Of a stretch of DNA of 64,000 nucleotides, positions 49,951 through 63,110 are shown piece by piece. Origin of the DNA: Anthoceros angustus (lineage: Eukaryota > Plantae > Anthocerotophyta); the NCBI GenBank assembly GCA_010909165.1, contig MU008170.1:992001-1056000 (forward strand), written 5' to 3'. The translations under genes and the position numbers were made by a program. The notes under the pieces were generated by a model. That model saw only the letters and a program-made list of their open reading frames with translations. It did no database searches and was not told where the DNA came from. Numbering within the stretch: the first letter of the stretch is position 1; every line of letters starts with the position of its first letter.

Positions 49951-52900
49951 TTTTATTTTTGGTTGGGTTGTAGTTGAAGGTTCGAGTCTCTTTTCGGATT
50001 TTTGAGGTTTTGGTTGTTTTGTCTCTAGTTTCTTATGGGAGGTTATCAATGCTATTTTCCAATTTTTGGGTTGGGTTAGCTTTAGGTTCCAATCTCTTTT
50101 CGGATTTTTGAGGGCTTTTTGGTTCTCTTGTTTAGCTTCTTTAGGTTCCCATCTCTTTTGATTTTGTGAGGGCTTTTGGTTCTCTTGTTTCTAGATTCTT
50201 TAGGGAGCTTTTGGTTATTGTTTCTAGCTTCTTTAGGTTCCCATCTCTTGGATTTTTGAGGCTTTTTGGTTCTCTTGTTTCTAGATTCTTTAGGTCCAAC
50301 CTCTTATCAGTTTTTATGAGGGCTTTTTGGTTCTCTTGTTTCTAGCTTCGTTTTGGGAGGTTATTTCCTCTTTGTTATCTTTTCCTTTTTATTTTTGGTT
50401 GGGTTGTGAAGGTTCGAGTCTCTTTTGATTTTGTGAGGGCTTTTTGGTTGTTTTGTCTTTAGCTTCTTATTTTGGGAGGTTATCATTGTTATTTTTATTT
50501 TTGGGTTGGTTGTAGAAGGTTCCAATCTCTTTTCGGATGTTTGTGGGGGCTTTTGGTTCTCTTGTTTCTTCTTTTGTGTGAGGTTATTTTTGTTATTGTT
50601 TTTCCTTTTGGTTGGATTGTAGTGAAGGTCCAATCTCTTCGGATTTTGTGAGGGCTTTTTGGTTCTCTTGTATCTAGCTTCTTTAGGTTCCAATCTCTTT
50701 TTGGATTTTTGTGAGGGCTTTTTGGTTCTCTTGTTTCTTCTTGAGTTCAATCTCTTTTTGGATTTTGTGAGGCTTTTGGTTGTTGTTTCTAGCTTCTTTA
50801 GGTTCCAATCTCTTTTCGGATTTTGTGAGGCTTTTGGTTCTCTTGTTTCTAGCTTCTTATTTTGGGAGGTTATCATTGTTATTTTTATTTTTGGTTGGGT
50901 TGTAGCTAAAGGTTCCAATCGGTCTTTAGATTTTGTGAGGTTTTTGATTGTTTTGTTTCTAGCTTCTTTTGGGAGGTTATTTTTGTTATTGTTTTTCCTT
51001 TTGGGTTGGATTGTAGAAGGTTCCATCACTTTTGGATTTTTGAGGGCCTTGACCGTTTGGTTCTAGTGTCTCTCTTTTGGGAGGTTATTTATTTTTGCTT
51101 TTCTTTTGTGATCTTTTGGTTGTTAGTGGATATCTTCCATTGCTTATGATCATGAGATATCTACGTGTGGTCCCACGTCTAATCAAAGCAATGGGAGTAG
51201 GCAGAGACTTGGCCTCGAGAGCTTTGCAACTCTCGAGTTGGGACCGCCTGGGCGTCTCTCAACAAGTGCAAGAGCACTTGTTTTTGTCCCATGTTGGATT
51301 ACATTCCACACATCTTTTCGAGCAAGCTTTCCGAAAAACAAGGAGATCCCTACATGTATATAGCGCCCAAGTCATATGGGGTCCCCAAAGCCGACCTCCC
51401 ACCACATGAGGCTCAGCGTGCACACCTCACTTTTGCACATCGGCAATAACCCGAGCTTCCCTCCATAAAGATAGGGCTCAACTAAAGTTGGGGCCCCCAC
51501 AAATATAGCTTGACGGTGCCCCACCACCTAAAAACTTTGCTCCGCTTTCTTTTGGGTTGTAGAAACCCTTCTAAATAGCACGCCTTAAGTCGGGGCCCCT
51601 TGTACCTGGTGACCACCTGCAAACGCTCCGCTTTCTTTTGGGTTGTAGAAACCCTTCTAAATAACCACTTAACCGAGCCAACCTTGCCCTGCACCACCCC
51701 AGGAGCAAACTACTTCTCCCACTTAATGTAACCATAAATCCCCACCTCCACATGTATAGCGCCCACCTTAAGTCAAGGCCCCTCGGCGCCAACCTCATCT
51801 TCCACAGTGCTAACACCCCATGCTCTTCTCCTTGCTTTCCTTTTGGTTTATAACTTCCCTCAAGAAGGAGTGTCGCCTCAAAACGATGTGTCGAATGTAA
51901 TCCAACATGGGTATGCTCACACCCAATGGCAATTTCAGCCAAAGTCGAAGAAATTTTGGTGGAGACTTCATTTACTTGCGTGTCAAGCAGAGATACCTTC
52001 GACACCGCTAGCACCGACGCATCTGCAAGTGAAGGAGGTTAGACCTAATGGGGTACTCTTTTCGTGATGGACGCTTTGACGATACAACATGAAGAATTAT
52101 GCGGTCTATCACCTCCCAAACTGGACCCAACTATTGTTACCCGATTGGGTCCCTCCGCTTGATTACCCATGCCAAGTATGTAGGCCTCCGGATGATCTGA
52201 GTGATGCTTTGTGATCACCGTGATGGTGGTTACCATGTGTTTTGCCTAAATCCACCACTAGGGAGGTCCGGATCACTATTGTACAAGAAAACCAGCTACA
52301 GGCATAAACCATCCGAGCTTAGCGGTGGGGGCGGTGGAACAGAGGACTCATTTTTGCTACATGTTAGATGAGAGCGGTTGGACATACTGGACAGCCCCAA
52401 TGTTCGATGAGATAGCTAGGACATACTGGGGCGGCCCGGCCCATGGCAACAAGTATACTCGGGGCAGTCAGCTCGGCTATGGGCCTCGGTCAGCTATACT
52501 CGGGGCAGTCCCATGGCAACAAGTATACTCGGACAGCCCCAACCTCGGCCATGAGGGCGATCCGCTCTGGTATACTCGGGGCTCATAGTCCCAACTCTGC
52601 TACACATCCCGCTCTGACTTTAGTCGGGGATCCATCAATAACTATACTTGGGATGGTCCCGTAGAACACTAAGGACAAGCGATTAGGGATGGAGTGAGTG
52701 ACCCTTTCGGCCGAAGTGTTTGAGTGTCTTTGCTGGAATTGCTATGGTGCGTGAAGAGTGCAGATGGGATGGTTCTAGTGGCAATTTCACCTCTTTCTAT
52801 GATAAGCTCGTCGGCACTCTAAAAACTCCTACTCTTGTTGTGGTTAGAGGTAGCAAGAGCTCCCACTAATTGTACAATGTCGTGTTGTGACCGTGTCAAG

Positions 52901-55739
52901 GGACAAACTATAGGAGGCGGGGTAATCTATACTCAAGAGAAAGACGAGGAAGAGCCAAAGCACGACTTCCACCCCAACTACGAGAGATACTAAGGAGAAG
53001 AAGTTGGGAGAAGGTCCTTGTTCTTTGATGACACCAACTCAAGATCGACACCTTGTAGCATAGAAATGATCACCACCTAACAACACACAATAGTCGATTC
53101 TTTTTAAACTAAGCGGACACTTGAATCTTTGTAAGTCTAAGACTCAAGCATCTCCTTTGAATAAGTCATGTTTTTACCTTAGGGAGGGCTTTAGCAAGGT
53201 GTCACCATTAGATCCCGTGGGGATGTATTCAAGAGATCGACTTAAAGAAGCGCATCTCGGATGAAATGGTAATGAATCTCGATGTCCTTGCGTGCACCGG
53301 GACTCATGGCGCACGCGATTGTTGCGTCCGAGATTGTCGGTACGTGTCGGGAGTGTCCTCTCCCAAGACTCGATGCCGAGTGGAGCGATAACAGAAGGTT
53401 CCACATAACGTATAAAAATATGGTATATGGATTATATAAAATCGTATTACAGGACTTTGAGCCTCCTTTGGCTTTGGCTTCTATGGATTGAGTATTTGAA
53501 CTAAGTTTTCTAGCTAGTGACCATGAAGCGACTTCATGTCATCGTAATGACTTTCCGTGCACCATATGGTGATGGTATGTGAGTCATTCTTGCACCTTCA
53601 CCAGCTCATACCTCGCCCGAAAGCCCCAGTGTCGCCTTCCACGTCGGTATCTGAAGCGTCGTCCAATGCTCCGCACTTGGGCACCACAGCGCCTCGGCAC
53701 ACTCCACCGCCATTGACGACAACCTCACCGATGAAAACACGAGGCACGCATGGAAAGCTAACCCCTCACCATCCCTCCCTTCACAATTGTCCCGCAAACC
53801 GGATCCTCTATATGAGGCGCCTCACGAACCGAGCCAAGGCGAGCGGTCTGCGCTTTCATCCACTAAAGTTGAGTATAAGGCCACGCATGGAAGGAGTTAG
53901 AGTGGGAAAGGCAACTTTTGGAATGAATCCACTTACCTCAAAGTGCTCCCACTAAGCTTCTATGTGAAAGCATGTAGGCTATTGCCCTTTCTCCAATCCT
54001 TGGTTTCATGCAAGAACCAAGCACATTGAGCTAAACCACCATTATATCCATGGCGTCGTGAAAGGGGCATTGTGAAAGTGGAATACATTAGTCTTGATGA
54101 GAATCACTAATATTTTTACAAAGGGCTGCCAAAGCCAAAGCATTTCAAGCATATGGCTGCCCTTGGGCTCGAGTGTTCACTCGCCTATGTATCGAGTTGA
54201 TATCTACCTTGTCGTGGCGGGCACTTGATTCTTATTGCCTCTAGGGCTCGGAGCACCTCCTTCTTCTGCTCAAAATGGCGTATTCATCAGTCGGTAGTCT
54301 CAAGGATGAAGCTACACTATGAAATCTAGGCGTGAGAGGTATCAGACATATGGGTCATGTTTTAGGAGGCCATATCTTTTTTTCTTTTCTTTTGTGATTT
54401 CTTGGTTGGGTTGTAGCTGAAGGTTCTAGTTGTTTTTCGCTTTCTTTGTGAGGGATTTTTGGTTAGTTTTGTTTCTAGCTTCGTTCTTTGGGACGTTTTT
54501 TCCTCTTTTGTTTTTGTTTTCCTTTGTTATTTTTGGGTTGGGTTGTAGTTGAAGGTTCCGGTCTCTTTTCAGATAATTTTGAGGGTTTTTTGGTTGTTTT
54601 GTCTCTAGTTTCTTAATTTGGGAGGTTATCAATGCTATTTTCCAATTTTTGGGTTGCGTTGTAGCTTTAGGTTCCAATCTCTTTTCAGATTTTTGTGAGG
54701 GCTTTTTGGTTCTCTTGTTTCTAGCTTCTTTAGGTTCCAATCTCTTTTGATTTTGTGAGGGCTTTTTGGTTCTCTTGTTTCTAGATTCTTTAGGGTCCAA
54801 TCTCTTATCGGATTTTGTGAGGGCTTTTGGTTCTCTTGTTTCTACCGTTTTGGGAGGTTATTTCCTCTTTTGTTTATCTTTTCCTTTGTTATTTTGGGTT
54901 GGGTTGTAGAAGGTTCGAGTCTCTTTTCAGATTTTGTGAGGGCTTTTTGGTTGTTTTGTCTTTAGCTTCTTATTTTGGGAGGTTATCATTGTTATTTTTA
55001 TTTTGGGTTGGGTTGTAGCTAAAGGTTCCAATCTCTTTTCGGATGTTTGTGGGGGCTTTTGGTTCTCTTGTTTCTTGCTTTTTTGTGAGGTTATTTTTTG
55101 TTATTTTTTCCTTTTGGGTTGGATTGTAGTTGAAGGGTCCAATCTCTTTTGATTTTGTGAGGGCTTTTGGTTCTCTTGTTTCTAGCTTCTTTAGGTTCCA
55201 ATCTCTTTTCGGATTTTGTGAGGGCTTTTTGGTTCTCTTGTTTCTATTGCTTTAAGTTCCAATCTCTTTTCGGATTTTTGTGAGGGCTTTTTGGTTCTCT
55301 TGTTTCTAGCTTCTTTAGGTTCCAATCTCTTTTTGGATTTTTGTGAGGGCTTTTTGGTTCTCTTGTTTCTAGCTTCTTATTTTGGGAGGTTATCATTGTT
55401 ATTTTTTATTTTTTGGTTGGGTTGTAGCTGAAGGTACCAATCGGTCTTTAGATTTTTGTGAGGTTTTTTTGATTGTTTTGTTTCTAGCTTCTTTTTTGGG
55501 AGGTTATTTTTGTTATTTTTTTTCCTTGGGTAAGTAAGAAAGCGTTTTTCATAACGTTCCAGATACCCTTATTTTCCGGCCGCCGCTATTGATGGCTTCC
55601 GGCCGTTCATTTTAACTCTATGGTAGGTGGCATATGCATTTGGCGGCATAGTAGCGAGAATAACTTGGGCCCCTCCATTACTTGAAATCTATTTAGGATT
55701 TGGCAATCAAGTGATTTGTCTCTCAACGGCTTCCCGCCT

Positions 55740-57200
55740 CCTCTGCGGTCAAGTCATGTACCACACACCACCACCTTTTATCACACTTGATAGATGCGTA
55801 ACCTTGACTCTGAGTCCAACACAATGCTCCACTTCACACACTCCGAGGCAGGCGATGTGGGTTTCCGTGTTATGTGCCCTTTCATTCCTTGACCACTACC
55901 TTGATTGCTATGTTATTAACAAAATGTAGATGTGCGGGGTCAAGCGGATGAAGATTTCGGGCAAAATCAAGATGTTTCTGATTCAAAGAGTCCACACGAT
56001 CCCGTAAACAAAGTGAAAAGGCAAGTCTTGGTGGCCCCTCAGTCTCGCCGAGCAAATGCAAAGTCCTTGCGCTCTCCATACAAAGTATGTATTCTTTGGC
56101 CGATAGGTGAGTCGTCGGGTATCGTCTTCGTCATACTCATTGGCATAGGTTTGTGTTGGTGGCTCGATCCGTAGATGCGTGTTGCGAGGTCGAGGTGGAG
56201 AAGAACTCACTCCGCAGTCTCGTATTAGGCTTGCCGTATCGTGATCACATAAACAAACACGTGGTTGGTCAAACTACCTTGCAAGCGATGTGCAATCGAT
56301 AGTGCGAAGGACGCGCCATGAGCAGCGGGTGTGTGGGCCTTATGTTGGGTATGGGTTAAAGAACAGCCGAAGCCACGGACCACATATTCAGGTCCTTGTT
56401 CCTCCATACATGGGCATAAGGACAATAACTCGGACCTCGTTACGGTAGCGTTTATTCTGGTGGCGCGAGAGTGGGGTTGCTGCCGCTTAAAACCGAACCC
56501 GAATTGAAGTCCTTCTTCTGCGGTCAAGTACCACACCACCACCTTTTATCACACTTGCCGCGGTAGTCGAAGAACCTTGAAAGCGCCACGAGTCCAACAC
56601 AATGCTCCACTTCACACTCCCAAGACGCAGGCGATGTGGGTTTCCGTGTTATGTGCCCTTTCATTCCTTGACCACTACCAACGATTGCTATGTTATTAAC
56701 AAAATGTAGATGGTCAAGAATGGGAAAGATTCGGGCAAAATCAAGATGTTTCAGCCCAAAGAGTCCTCAACTTTCGTAAACAAAGTGAAAGGCAAGTGCT
56801 GGCCGCCTCCGTCTCCGCCAGCAAATGCAAAGTCCTTGCCGCTCCCAGCCAAAAGTATGTATTCTTTGGCCGATAGTGAGTCGTCGGAGTCGTGCCTCGG
56901 CCTGCCATACTCATTGGCATAGGTTTGTGTTGGTGGCTCGATCCGTAGATGCGTGTTGCGTGTCCGTGGTGGAAGAACTCACCTACGCCTAAGTATTAGG
57001 CTTGCCCGATGCATGATATAAACAAACACGTAGTTGAGTCAAACTACCTTGCAAGCGATGTGCAATCGATAGTGAAGGACATCGCGAACGCGCCGGGTGT
57101 GTGGAACTGTATGTTGGGTATGGGTTAAAGAACATCAAACGCAGCACACATATTCCACCTCCCATACATAGATAAGGACAATAACTCGACCTCACACGCT
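55740..57200. repeat. Tandem duplication of a ~780-bp unidentified segment
   Basis: CTGCGGTCAAGT...CCACCACCTTTTATCACACTTG near 55742 and 56518, colinear thereafter. Confidence 0.85.
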
Positions 57201-57229
57201 GCTTGTTACTGACGGCGCGAAATTAGGGT

Positions 57230-59780
57230 TTTGCCAGCCCTTAAAACCCAACCAGAAGTCCTTCTTCTACACAAAGTTCCGAAGCCGCAAATGGCGAACG
57301 CCGAGCTCTTCCAGCGGGCGTCTGCGATTCAAGCGAGGCGCGTGGTTTTCCCAACAATTTGCCGTCGAGACCCTCGCCGGCCGACTCTCCATCCTTTCAG
57401 GAGGGCCTTGCAGGTGAGAATTCCTAGTTTGAAATAGAATTGGTGCTTGCTTAATCCGGATTAGGCGTGTTTGATGCCTATCTTTGGGTCTTTGCGAGAC
57501 AATGGCGGCCGCCTTGATGAAGGACCTCACCGATCGAGGCCTAACCACGGAGACTTGTTGGGCCGCGGAGGCGGGAGAAATCTAAAAGCAAGAAGGGGCG
57601 AAATCGACAACCCACGGATCCTCCACGCGCGGATGGATCTCTACGCGCAAAATTTTGGACGCTTTCCAACCAATTGAGCAAGGTGGAGGAGCGGGAAGGG
57701 GCGGACAAGTCTAGAGTCACTCAATTCTGCGAAGGCAAGCACCACAAAACCTTGGGTTGGCGGTGGAAAATCAGCATCCAAAAAGTTGAGGTGGGAAATC
57801 CAGATCCAATTCCCTCCCCATACTCATATGAAATGTCTTGTTCTTGCGAGGCATAGACAAGCTTGAGGACACTATGTATGCGGCGAGAATGGTTGTTGAC
57901 ACAAGCGGAGGAGGCCGGATGAAGGCGGCATGCTATGGGCGCGACTCTTTGAAGCTTTGGGTTTTAGGTTCAGCGGTGCCTTTGGCAAACCAAAGGGCAA
58001 GGTGATGGGTCCTGTGGGCAACTTTGGATGGAGGCGATGAGACCCGAGGCTGCGGATTCCCATGCACTTAAGGCCTTATGAAGTGGGCGCATTGCAACAT
58101 TATCGAGATGATTACAGCATGTGTCATTGAAAGTGGCATGTTTGCACGAGGAAGAAATGTGAGCCAAAGGAGTTGTCCGGCACTTTTTGAGCGGCGTTCG
58201 GGCGAGAATGTGAGTACACTTCTTAATTCGATTCATTCTCCATCATCGTTGATTGCATTGTGCGGCTAGCAATTACTTCTTTGCTTGTGTGGACGATGAG
58301 AACATTTCACAGTGCTTGTGTGAGGTGATTACGAGCTCCATTATCATCGTAGAGATGTCACCGAGGAGGACAAAGCGAGGACTTCAAACCGCTGGAAGTA
58401 GAAGACAATGAGGCGAGTTGGACCTTGATGAGGAGGATGGGCCTATTCGGAGTTCTTTGGGTCATTCGGATCTGGAGGCATTTGAAGAGGATGATGGGGA
58501 GGCCGGTGATGGAGGGAGGTTTGTCTTTGCGAAGTTAGCCATGACTTCCTCCACGGTCGCTCGAGTCATCCAAGCACCATGCGGGAGGAGTCCCCGTGGC
58601 TACATGGAAGCAGGGCCGGAGGCGCTCAGCTTGGGGCATGCGGCGCCCGACTATGGTGAGAGGAGGAAGAGGCGCGGCATGCCGGGCCGCCTGTGAGCAC
58701 AATCTGCAGATGGAGGCGAGGTGGGCCGGATGCCGGGCCCGCCTCACGTGGTGGAGTGAGGAAAGGGCGCCAAGATGCCGGGCGCCAGTGAAACCTTTGA
58801 GTGGCTTGGCGGAAGCATGGAAGGCGCTTAGGGAAGCGTGAGAAGCGGAAAAGCATGCATGATGAGGAAGGTGGTGGGCCTGGCGGAGTCCGGTGCGGGC
58901 GTTCGATGAGCAGCGGAAAAAGTTGAGCGTCCAAGCGGCAACAATGAGATTCCAACATTGCATGTCTCAACAGATGGAAAAGGACTGGAAGCCTCTATGA
59001 TGCATGAGGATTATTTGCGAAGTCGGGGTTTGCATATGCGAAGAAGGTGGTGCGAAACAAGCAGTGCTAAAGGAGAATTTGAGGCAGCTTCGCTTTCTAA
59101 CCCGTGCATGGGTGCGTCACAATCGCCAAGGGATGAGGCTTGGGCGAACTACCCGGCTCGTGTCATGTCAAGTCGGGTCTTGATACATGATGTCACATGT
59201 AAGTACATCTGCGGATGATTGTGGCGTATGCTCATATGCATGGGCATGGGGGTGATGGGCATGCCACACTCCGCCATGAGCGGGCATAGCGGCGGTCAGT
59301 TTGAAGGAGCGGTGTGATCACGGCGGTTATAGTTCCGCCGAGAACAGATGGAGTCATGCGCCCCAAGCAAGTTGCCCATGGTGGCGGTTATGCGGTAGGC
59401 GGAAGGGATAAAGGCGCAATCCACGAGAAGGGCCAGTTAGCGATGTTTGTTAAATGAGCAGGTACCATCTCCCATGTGGGCGGTGAATGTAGGGCTTTGG
59501 GAGTGAGAAGGATAGCGGTGAGAATGTTTGGGCGGCAATCAGCGGATGTGTGTTGTGAGTCTCGGAATGAGTTTTGCACATCACAATCCCCTTCTTTTGT
59601 TCTCTGGGCTCCATTACGGCCCAACGTCGTGAAGACGCGGGCGCCAGCACCACAAGCAACGTAGCCAAAGGGGCCCACGGATGCCGGACAAGATAAGTAA
59701 ATGGTGGTGGAGGAGAATCATGGACTTTCCTTGCTTTGTTTATCTTGCGATCATTCCATGTTGAGTTGGCGCTTTGGCGG
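57230..59780 (+). other. Unidentified GC-rich coding-like region with acidic and coiled-coil-like patches, frameshifted
   Basis: Fragmentary ORFs (DLDEEDG...AFEEDDGE; RAFDEQRKKL); possible donor CAG|GTGAGA near 57414; no family recognised. Confidence 0.3.
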
Positions 59781-60560
59781 AACTAGAGTGTCGCGCAGTA
59801 AGCACTTGAATTCATATAAGCACTTCGCGAACAACCAAACAAATCTAATCACGCGGAATATGGGTGCAAACCAAATACAAGGGAGGAGTAGCTCGCACGG
59901 TGGCACAAACACACCTCCACGGCGCAATTCCCAGTCATAGCTTTGGCCTCCTCACCGCTCTTGCATTGCATGCTCTGAAGCTATGATGATGGCTTGTCCT
60001 CAATGGAAGGTCTATATAGACCACAGCGTGGCATTCCTAAGATATCCTATTGGCATCGACGTATGCCGGAAATATCCTAAGAATACACTATAATATGCGA
60101 AATATGCCAAGCATATTGAGCTTATCCAAGCTATTGTATCCTAAGAATACACTATAATATGCAAGGAATATGCAAAGCATATTACTTGAGCTTATCCACT
60201 TAGCTATTGCTAACCATGTTTAATTAACATCTAATGGTGCAATTAACATAAGCACATTAGATTAATTAACACTAATCAAGCGGCAATTAACATAAGCACT
60301 TTAGATTAATTAACACTAATTACTTACTTAAAGATAAGTAATTAGATTAATTAATGCTAATCAAACACTAAACCCAAGTGCGAGATTAGTATCACTGGCA
60401 CGGTACAGCGCGAGGTAAGCACTTGAATTCATATAAGCACTTCCTCGACCAACAACCAAGCAAACAAATCTAATACGCAGGATATAGGTGCAAACCAATC
60501 CCCCACGATAATGTGAGACTCCAAGTCAGAACATTATCATTAGTAGAACTACGTCGCACC

Positions 60561-61129
60561 TCATGTAGTGCATTGTGCACAAAACCAATCTTCCTCGGGA
60601 ATGTCAGAGGTGGTTGAACACAAAACATGTGGTATCCCCTATTGCACCGATCACAAAGAAGCATTACATCATCATCATCATCGTCCACAAACGACACTCC
60701 AAGTCTTTGGGTGGGCACATTGTAGGCCGTAGTTGAGGGTCCAAATTGGGTAAGTGGCATGGTGCGCGATTCTTGAGGTGATCCTTCCATCTTGACCATC
60801 GGATCCTTGAGCTCAAGCACTCCATCTTTGCCTACTACGACCATAAGATGACTGCTGGTGGATACCTCCAAGGTGTTGCACGGCTTCCGATGCGGTAGAC
60901 ATAATCTCAACCGAACTTGCGCACCTTGGGTTTCCATGTCCCTCCTCGTGTGTAAGCATAGCGCGATTGATCCATGTTGCGCTATGGCAAGGTTCTCCAT
61001 TGCCATGGGCATGATCCGTTGAAAAGCTCGCCCGCCTTTCCGGTCTCGTAGGCAATCATCCGCATTGCGCCAATCCACGGTGCTTGTAGCCTTGCTTGCC
61101 TCACGTTTGGCAAAATGGTTGTCGCCCAT
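60561..61129 (-). pseudogene. pol: Gypsy integrase C-terminal region plus PHD finger
   Basis: MPMAMENLAIAQH...DDDDVMLLCDRCNRGYHMFCVQPPLT then (frameshift) IPEEDWFCAQCTT-stop at 60561-60563. Confidence 0.88.
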
Positions 61130-61149
61130 ACAACAAGTAGTATGGTGAA

Positions 61150-61760
61150 AAATTGCTCAAGGCTGCTTGATTGCTCACCCTGTGCCTAGCACTAGGTATG
61201 GCATCCCTTCATCCCATGTCTTGGTCATTTGTGAGACAATATTTGCGCAAGGCCGCTTGAAGGTGCACCAAGCGTTCGGCAAGTCCATCGGCTTGAGGAT
61301 GATCTCTCGGCGTCGTCGATGATCAATCAAGCTCTGTCAAGCAAGTCTTGAAATTCCCCGAATTCTTTGCCTGATCGGTGAGAACCTCGCATGCTCCATA
61401 TCGACTAGAGCGGAAGCCAAGAACGCCTTCTGGTAAGAGTCACGCTTGGGTAAGATGGCAACCTCGCACCACTTGCTGAAATGCTCCACCATTAGCATGA
61501 CATGCTTGTTTCCGATGCGTCTCGGCATGTCGGCATGAGATCCACACTCCACACAGAAGAGTCCTCGGATCGGCGAGTGAAGCACAACATCATTGGTGTG
61601 AACCTTGCCTTCACTCGATCGCACACTCGCACTCGACAGCCTTTCCACATCTCCATACATCCTTGCCCAAAAGTGTGTGGGCTGAGCATCTTGTAGGTGC
61701 GCTTAGCACCAAAATGCCCTAAGCCTTCATGCACAGGTGATGAGTCTCACCCTCCTCCGG
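61150..61760 (-). pseudogene. pol: Gypsy integrase zinc-binding and core fragments
   Basis: HEGLGHFGAKRTYKML; NKHVMLMVEHFSKWCEVAILP. Confidence 0.85.
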
Positions 61761-62029
61761 CTTGGGTACAATTCTATCTCCGAGAATCACGGACATACAT
61801 TATGTCCTCCTTCCAATAATGAGCCACCTTCTCGCGTAGCTTGGCGCCGAGATGAAAGCCCTTGTGGCAATTCCCGACCTTAGGAAGGTCACCGCTATTG
61901 CATCCGCCCGGATGTCCGGACTCTGCATACAAAGCGATGAGTGGAGGTATCTTGACATCCTCATGCGGCATGGCCAACATGGTATCTGGACTACTCTCCC
62001 AGGTTGCTCGTCATCGAATCTTGCACGGC

Positions 62030-63110
62030 CCCTGTAGTGTCTTCGTTAGGTAGAGGATTCCTTGACAACCCATCGATTAGAGTGAACTCTACCCTGTTCG
62101 ATGACAAAGTCATACTCACGGAGAATGAGAGCCCACCTCGCCGCCCGTAAGCTTGGCGTTCGTCATCAACCAATGCAAGGGTTGATGGTGGTGATTAGTC
62201 GAAATTGATGTCCAAACAATGCGGACGAAAGTGTCCGATTGCCCTGCTCTGCAAGACATTCTCCTTCATAGGCGAGTAGTTGGACTCACTTTGGTTGTTG
62301 CTCCGACGGCATAGGCAATGACATGTTCCTCTTCCTTGTCATTGATCTGCGCCAAGGCCCCTATCCGTACTTGCCAATCGATTAAAAAATCGAGCAGCTT
62401 GAAGTTTGGATGACCAAGAATTGGCGAGCTCATGAGTCTACCCTTCAACTCCATGAAAGCGACTCCTCCTCTTGAGTCCAACGCCAAGTCACCAACTTCT
62501 TCAACAAGTCATTCAATGGTGCGCAATCCGCTCATCCGCGGAATGAACTTCCTGTAGTAACACCAAACCCAAGAATGCCCTCAACTTGAGATGTCGTTTG
62601 GCACAGGAATGCGCGATTGCCTCCACCTTGGTGGCATGCGGCGAGATCCGTCGCGTGATCCAATGACCCAAGTACAACACCTTATCCTCTCCAAATCGAC
62701 ACTTCCTGGATGGGCCTTCAACCACGCGGCCGATCTAGCAAAAGGCTCGAAGATGTTGTAGATGCTCCTCAAAGGTATTCTGAAGATGATGACGTCATCA
62801 ATGTAGCACTTGGCGAAATGCAAGTCCTTGAGCTCATTGTCCATGTACCTTTGGAAGCTGCGTTGGCGATGTCTTCAACCCAAATGGCATGTAATTCCAC
62901 TCGTACAAGCAATCTACGCCCCCGAGCGTTTTCTTCTTGTCTTCTTCGGCAATCTCTACTTGGTGAAACCCTAGCCTCAAGTCCAATGTTGAGAAGAACT
63001 TGGCAGACCCAATGGTGTCGAAGATCTCTTGAGTCGGCATGGGATAGTGGTCATGTGGGATTCGCTCGTTCAACGGCCGATAGTCACCACACATTCTCCT
63101 CTCGTCCACA
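62030..63110 (-). pseudogene. pol: Gypsy reverse transcriptase and RNase H fragments
   Basis: MCGDYRPLN, FFSTLDLRLGFHQV, MPFGLK, CYIDDVIIF, VLYLGH, EEHVIAYA, LIDGLSR. Confidence 0.92.

Larger units (their letters stand above)
38635..55530. repeat. Tandem array of ~4.6-kb mosaic unit A (about 3.5 further copies, one truncated)
   Basis: GTGATCTTTTGGTTGTTAGTGGATATC near 39852, 44425, 48590, 51108. Confidence 0.9.

Noticed and set aside
38854-51066. Hydrophobic or Lys-rich ORFs resembling membrane or basic proteins
   Set aside because: Translations of the T-rich satellite on either strand
38690-55030. Telomere-like TTGGGTTGGG motifs
   Set aside because: Isolated doublets within the satellite monomer; not TTTAGGG arrays
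38635-55530. Unit A as a tandem Helitron
   Set aside because: No Rep/helicase remnants and no convincing 5' TC or 3' hairpin-CTRR termini identified; CTAG is too frequent in the satellite to be informative
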